A stretch of 10,119 nt of DNA from Candidatus Sigynarchaeum calidifontis (GTDB lineage: Archaea; Asgardarchaeota; Lokiarchaeia; Sigyniarchaeales; Sigyniarchaeaceae): NCBI GenBank assembly GCA_030587475.2, contig JAUQYZ020000134.1, positions 1-10,119 on the forward strand. Direction: 5' to 3'. Made by a program: the position numbers and the translations under genes. Every line of letters starts with the position of its first letter. The first letter of the stretch is position 1. The notes below the pieces were generated by a model. That model was given only the letters and a program-made list of their open reading frames with translations, searched no databases and had not been told where the DNA came from. Shown here in pieces: positions 6,631 to 10,119 of this stretch.

Positions 6631-7944
6631 TTACTTGTTCATGGACCAGAGCTTGCGCAGGGCCATGGACATGACGTACTGTTGGATTTGACGCGAGCCA
6701 CCGACGATCTCTTGGATCCGGGAGACCCCGAGGTAGTCCATCATGAGCGTGTTGTCGTTGACACCAGCACCGCCCATCACGTTGGCTGCCTCGTAACAGA
6801 TCTTCTCGGCGAGCATCGCGCCCTCGTATTTCATCTGGGACGCGCTGGAGACGAGCGCCATGGCGAGCGGGCCGGGGAGGTGGTTGTTGTATTTCTTCAT
6901 TTGCTCGTCGTAATTGCGGCCGAACGCGACGACGGCGAGCGTGAAGTTGTTGACCTTGGCCCACATGTCGGCGAGCAAGAAACCGACGCCCTGATGCTTG
7001 ATGATCTCTTGACCCATTTGCTTGCGGAGGTTGGCATAGATCGCCGCGAAAGCGAAAGCACCCCACATCTCGCAGCAGTCGAGTATCGCGATGCCCATGC
7101 GTTCGGGGACGAGGCCCTCGAAGAGGCCATCCTTGCCCTTGCCAACGTCGCAGAGGATGCGCTCGTTGGGGACGAACGTCCGGTTGAATGTTTCCTTGCC
7201 GATCCACAGCTTCGGGACCGTCGGGATGAACGTGCGCTCGATCGTGACCGTCGGGTCGGGGAGGATCACGAGGCTCTGGGTCATCTTCATGTCGGAGTCC
7301 TTGGCCTTGGGCTCGGTCGTGCCGTAGACGACCGCGTACTTGGACTTGGGCGCGTTCGTGTTGTAACACTTGACACCCGTGAGATAGAGGCCATCGGCGG
7401 TGCGTTCTGATAGCGTGTCGGGGTGATTGGCTTCGGAGCCCTTGGTCGGCTCGGTGATGCAGATGCAGCCAACTGCCTGGCCAGTGACCAGTTCCTTGAG
7501 AGCTTTCAGACAAGGTTCACGATTTTGATGGTGGTGAAAGATGGGATTGATACAGAGCACAGATGCCCCCATGCCCATGTTGAACTGGGGCGAGAACATG
7601 TCCACTGCCAGGCATCGCATGAACTCGGCCATCATGCCTGCTTTATCGCCATAATCAACACCTACTTCCGGGAAACTGGTCATCCGCGTCACGTATCCCT
7701 CGGCACCGAAATCGGGGATCCACTTGTACACGTCTTCGCTGTGGTCGATGTTATTCTTCCGTTCGTATTTTGCGCAGAAGCGCTGCACCTTGTCCAGGAA
7801 CGCTTTCTCGTTGTCGTTCAATATCGTCATCAACGCGTTATTCACGAACGCATAGCGGTTCTTGAGCGACATCGCTTCGAGAATCTCGTCCGGGACGGTT
7901 TGCGCCTCCATTTTTTTCTTCTGGACTTTCTTTTCTTCGGCCAT
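6631..7944 (-). CDS. Acyl-CoA dehydrogenase family protein, 437 aa
   Basis: CITEPTKGSE (ALTEPxxGSD-like), LTGVKCYNTN (GxKxWITN-like), RKQMGQEI (RxQFGxxI-like), S..K..G, MGGAGV, SRIQEIVGGSRQIQ. Confidence 0.95.
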   Translation of the reverse strand: MAEEKKVQKKKMEAQTVPDEILEAMSLKNRYAFVNNALMTILNDNEKAFLDKVQRFCAKYERKNNIDHSEDVYKWIPDFGAEGYVTRMTSFPEVGVDYGDKAGMMAEFMRCLAVDMFSPQFNMGMGASVLCINPIFHHHQNREPCLKALKELVTGQAVGCICITEPTKGSEANHPDTLSERTADGLYLTGVKCYNTNAPKSKYAVVYGTTEPKAKDSDMKMTQSLVILPDPTVTIERTFIPTVPKLWIGKETFNRTFVPNERILCDVGKGKDGLFEGLVPERMGIAILDCCEMWGAFAFAAIYANLRKQMGQEIIKHQGVGFLLADMWAKVNNFTLAVVAFGRNYDEQMKKYNNHLPGPLAMALVSSASQMKYEGAMLAEKICYEAANVMGGAGVNDNTLMMDYLGVSRIQEIVGGSRQIQQYVMSMALRKLWSMNK

Positions 7945-7971
7945 TTTTTTCGCCTTTCTTTAGGTGAAAAC

Positions 7972-8040
7972 TGGTTCACGCACGTGAACCAATTCACGAA
8001 GAATGGTTCACGCACGAAAAATGGTTCACGCGAGCGTGAA
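7972..8040. promoter_or_regulatory. Operator-like array of TTCACG/CGTGAA half-sites
   Basis: TGGTTCACG-ca-CGTGAACCA (7972-7991, perfect 9-bp arms); TTCACG at 7993; ATGGTTCACGC at 8003 and 8021 (18-bp period); TTCACGC-ga-GCGTGAA (8025-8040). Confidence 0.75.
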
Positions 8041-8062
8041 TGTAAGTCTTTCAACTCGAAAC

Positions 8063-8076
8063 AATAAAACCTTTCC
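8063..8076 (-). promoter_or_regulatory. BRE/TATA-like promoter for the acyl-CoA dehydrogenase
   Basis: Minus strand GGAAAGGTTTTATT. The predicted start site near 8040 coincides with the edge of the operator-like array. Confidence 0.5.
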
Positions 8077-8421
8077 GGCCCAGGCGGCCATGGACGGCTC
8101 CAGACATTTTTCCGAGAATGGTGGTAAATTCCCGTCTATTGTAAAAGGGAGATTGATCGGTTTTCTGAATAATAAAAAACGAATCTTGACGGAGTGCCTC
8201 TCGGGTTCTTGCCGATCGGGACTTGCAAGCCGTGAACTACTCGGCACGTGTCGCGCGCATGGGGGGTTCATGATCGAGATGTCGATCGCAAGCCACGAGC
8301 AATTGCAGAACATCGACCGGTTCATCGCCGACGTGCAAGAGAAGATATTATCCGCATCGATATTGATGCGTCCAGCAAACGACAGCGAGCATGCCAATGC
8401 GGCGCCCCGCAGGGCGATGGG

Positions 8422-8428
8422 TTTATAT
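8422..8428 (+). promoter_or_regulatory. TATA-like box (TTTATAT) upstream of the surface-protein gene
   Basis: Isolated AT island in GC-rich DNA about 52 nt before ATG 8480. Confidence 0.45.
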
Positions 8429-8479
8429 GCCCGCGATGCGCCGGGATCATCGATCGCCCGAAGAGGACAAGGACGACCC

Positions 8480-10119
8480 ATGAACGCCCCGCGCCACGCG
8501 CCCCGCCATCGCCGCATCGCGGCGAGCCGCTTCATCGAGCTCGCCATCGTTTCGGCTATGCTCGTCGCGCCGTTCGCCGCGCCGCTTGTCGCGAACCTTC
8601 CAATTGCTCCACCGACCGATCCACCCGGCCCGCCCGGCCGGTTCCCGCCCATCGGGCCGCGCATCGGCACGTCTGGCCCCGCGCGCCCCGGCTTCATCGC
8701 GTGGCAAGGCGTCAGGCTAAATTTTCCCCAATATGGTGGCCTTGATTACATCTGGTACGACAACGCGTCGGCCATCTACACGGCGGGCAGCGAGCTATAC
8801 GACATCTACGTGTACAAGTGGGACACGAACGGCACGCTCGTGTGGAACCGCACGTGGGACGGCGGCGGCATCGACAGCGCGTGGGCCATGCACGGCGACG
8901 CGGCGGGCAACGTGTACATCTGCGGCGACACGGACAGCTTCGGCATCGGCGAGACTGACTTGCTCCTGCTCAAGTACGCGGCGAACGGCACGCTGCTCTG
9001 GAACAGGACGTGGGGTTCCCGCGCCCATCTCTCGTTCCGGGAGGGCGGCACGGACGTCGTCTGCGACCCCGCGGGCAACGTTTACACGTGCGGCTACATG
9101 GTACCCTCGTCGGGCGCCCAGCCCGACTTGCTCCTCGTGAAGTGGTCGCCCGGCGGCCAGCAGCTCTGGAACCGCAGCTACGGCGGGATATACACCGAGC
9201 GAGCATGGTGCATGACCCTGGCCACGACGGGCGACATCTACTGCTATGCCGAGTATTACAAGACCTCCATCCAAATCCTTTTCACGAGATGGAGCCCCGG
9301 CGGCGCCCTGCTCCTCGCGAGGAACGAGGCGGATTATTACCCGGGCGGCCCCGTGGAATCTCTCGTGAGCGCCCCGCCCGTGGCGAGCACGGCCTCCTTG
9401 TATTCCATCGCCAATTATTGCCACGACAAAAACCCAGCCGTGACCAAGTGGTACACGAACGGCACGCGGCAGTGGCGGCGAACCAGCGGGTTTCCTCCGG
9501 ATGAGGATTCATTCAGAGATATATTGCTCATGACGAATGGGGATATATTGCTATCTGGCCGTTCCTCAGTGCATGGCGGGTATTTGATGAGATGGAATAA
9601 CCGGGGAGAACCGTCATGGAATGTTACCTGGGGAGACTATGATATTAGCGTTATCGGACGGATGTATAGAGCCGACAAGGATTGTATTTACACCATTCTC
9701 GGTTTCAAGAATTTTGATGATTGTCTTGCAAAAATCAACGTGACGGCGATCGAGGCGCAGTTCCTCGACACGGACAACGACACGATCTCGGACTACGACG
9801 AGGTGTACACGTACTTCACGAGCCCGGGCCGCCCCGACACGGACGGCGATGGCCTCTTCGATTGGAACGAAATCTTCTATTACCGCACCGACCCGCGCCT
9901 CGCCGACACGGATGGCGACGGGGTCACCGACCCGGAGGAGATTTCCAGCGGCACCGATCCCCGCGACCCGGACGACAACCCGGCCAGCCGTCGTGCCACG
10001 ATGATGGCGATCGCCATCGGGTTCGCCGCCATCGTCGCCGCCGGCGTGGCGAACATGGTGCTCGTGCACAAGTACTACCCGGCCGCCAAGCAGAAGCTGG
10101 CCGCCGCGCGCCAAGCCCG
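8480..10119 (+). CDS. Membrane-anchored surface glycoprotein: signal/TM, Pro-rich linker, SBBP-like beta-propeller, DxDxDG (TSP3-like) Ca-binding repeats, C-terminal TM; 3' partial, at least 546 aa
   Basis: Manual translation is open to the window end. MNAPRHAPRHRR + hydrophobic FIELAIVSAMLVAPFAAPLV; repeats KWDTNGTLVWNRTW, KYAANGTLLWNRTW, KWSPGGQQLWNRSY, D.AGNVY.CG; DTDNDTISDYDE, DTDGDGLFDWNE, DTDGDGVTDPEE..GTDP.DP (9767-9980); TM MMAIAIGFAAIVAAGVANMVLV (10001-10066) followed by a basic tail. Confidence 0.9.
   Translation, partial: MNAPRHAPRHRRIAASRFIELAIVSAMLVAPFAAPLVANLPIAPPTDPPGPPGRFPPIGPRIGTSGPARPGFIAWQGVRLNFPQYGGLDYIWYDNASAIYTAGSELYDIYVYKWDTNGTLVWNRTWDGGGIDSAWAMHGDAAGNVYICGDTDSFGIGETDLLLLKYAANGTLLWNRTWGSRAHLSFREGGTDVVCDPAGNVYTCGYMVPSSGAQPDLLLVKWSPGGQQLWNRSYGGIYTERAWCMTLATTGDIYCYAEYYKTSIQILFTRWSPGGALLLARNEADYYPGGPVESLVSAPPVASTASLYSIANYCHDKNPAVTKWYTNGTRQWRRTSGFPPDEDSFRDILLMTNGDILLSGRSSVHGGYLMRWNNRGEPSWNVTWGDYDISVIGRMYRADKDCIYTILGFKNFDDCLAKINVTAIEAQFLDTDNDTISDYDEVYTYFTSPGRPDTDGDGLFDWNEIFYYRTDPRLADTDGDGVTDPEEISSGTDPRDPDDNPASRRATMMAIAIGFAAIVAAGVANMVLVHKYYPAAKQKLAAARQA

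Noticed and set aside
6449-7513. 354-aa alternate-frame minus ORF and 267-aa plus ORF overlapping the acyl-CoA dehydrogenase
   Set aside because: Arg/Pro/His-rich frame-shift and antisense shadows typical of GC-rich DNA.
7972-8040. Repeat cluster considered as a mini-CRISPR array or transposon end
   Set aside because: Units are only 9-13 bp with gaps far shorter than CRISPR spacers; no cas or transposase genes; the position fits an operator.
8392-8439. Zinc-ribbon-like CQCGAPQGDGFICPRC in the 8248-8745 ORF
   Set aside because: The rest of that ORF is Arg/Pro-rich shadow sequence overlapping the surface-protein gene, and the motif spans the candidate TATA box. Likely coincidental unless blastx finds homologues.
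3329-10014. Four GCGATCGC (HIP1-like) octamers at 3329, 3494, 5542 and 10007
   Set aside because: Three are GCG-ATC-GCN (Ala-Ile-Ala) codons in TM helices, so codon usage explains them. A genome-wide Markov-corrected count would be needed to claim enrichment.
8733-10114. Several ORF-track entries on both strands in the last 1.4 kb
   Set aside because: All are shadows of the real plus-strand gene starting at 8480, which the track probably omitted because it has no stop codon in the window.

Overview
GC-rich archaeal-type chromosomal window. TATA-like boxes, GGTGA/GGGGTG ribosome-binding sites, U-rich terminators and a sequon-rich SBBP-type surface protein suggest a GC-rich Asgard (Loki/Sigyn-like) archaeon; this is inference, not a database result. 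Gene order: 5' end of a probable HMG-CoA synthase-like gene leaving the left edge (-); a large GH20 hexosaminidase-like gene (+); a 4-TM hypothetical protein (+); an AT-rich Uma2 endonuclease gene (-); a URO-D/MtaA-family gene (-); a 52-aa Lys-rich protein with two APGQxKK motifs (-); a decayed addiction-module antitoxin (-); an acyl-CoA dehydrogenase (-) preceded by a dense TTCACG/CGTGAA operator-like array; and a membrane-anchored beta-propeller + DxDxDG-repeat glycoprotein (+) running off the right edge. The left-edge gene, the antitoxin and the right-edge gene are absent from the supplied ORF track. I see no complete, clearly new multi-gene system. The best leads are the operator array, sharp in-frame codon-usage mosaics (surface protein, acyl-CoA dehydrogenase), the small basic protein and the orphan promoter/palindrome region at 6360-6570. 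All counts were made by hand.
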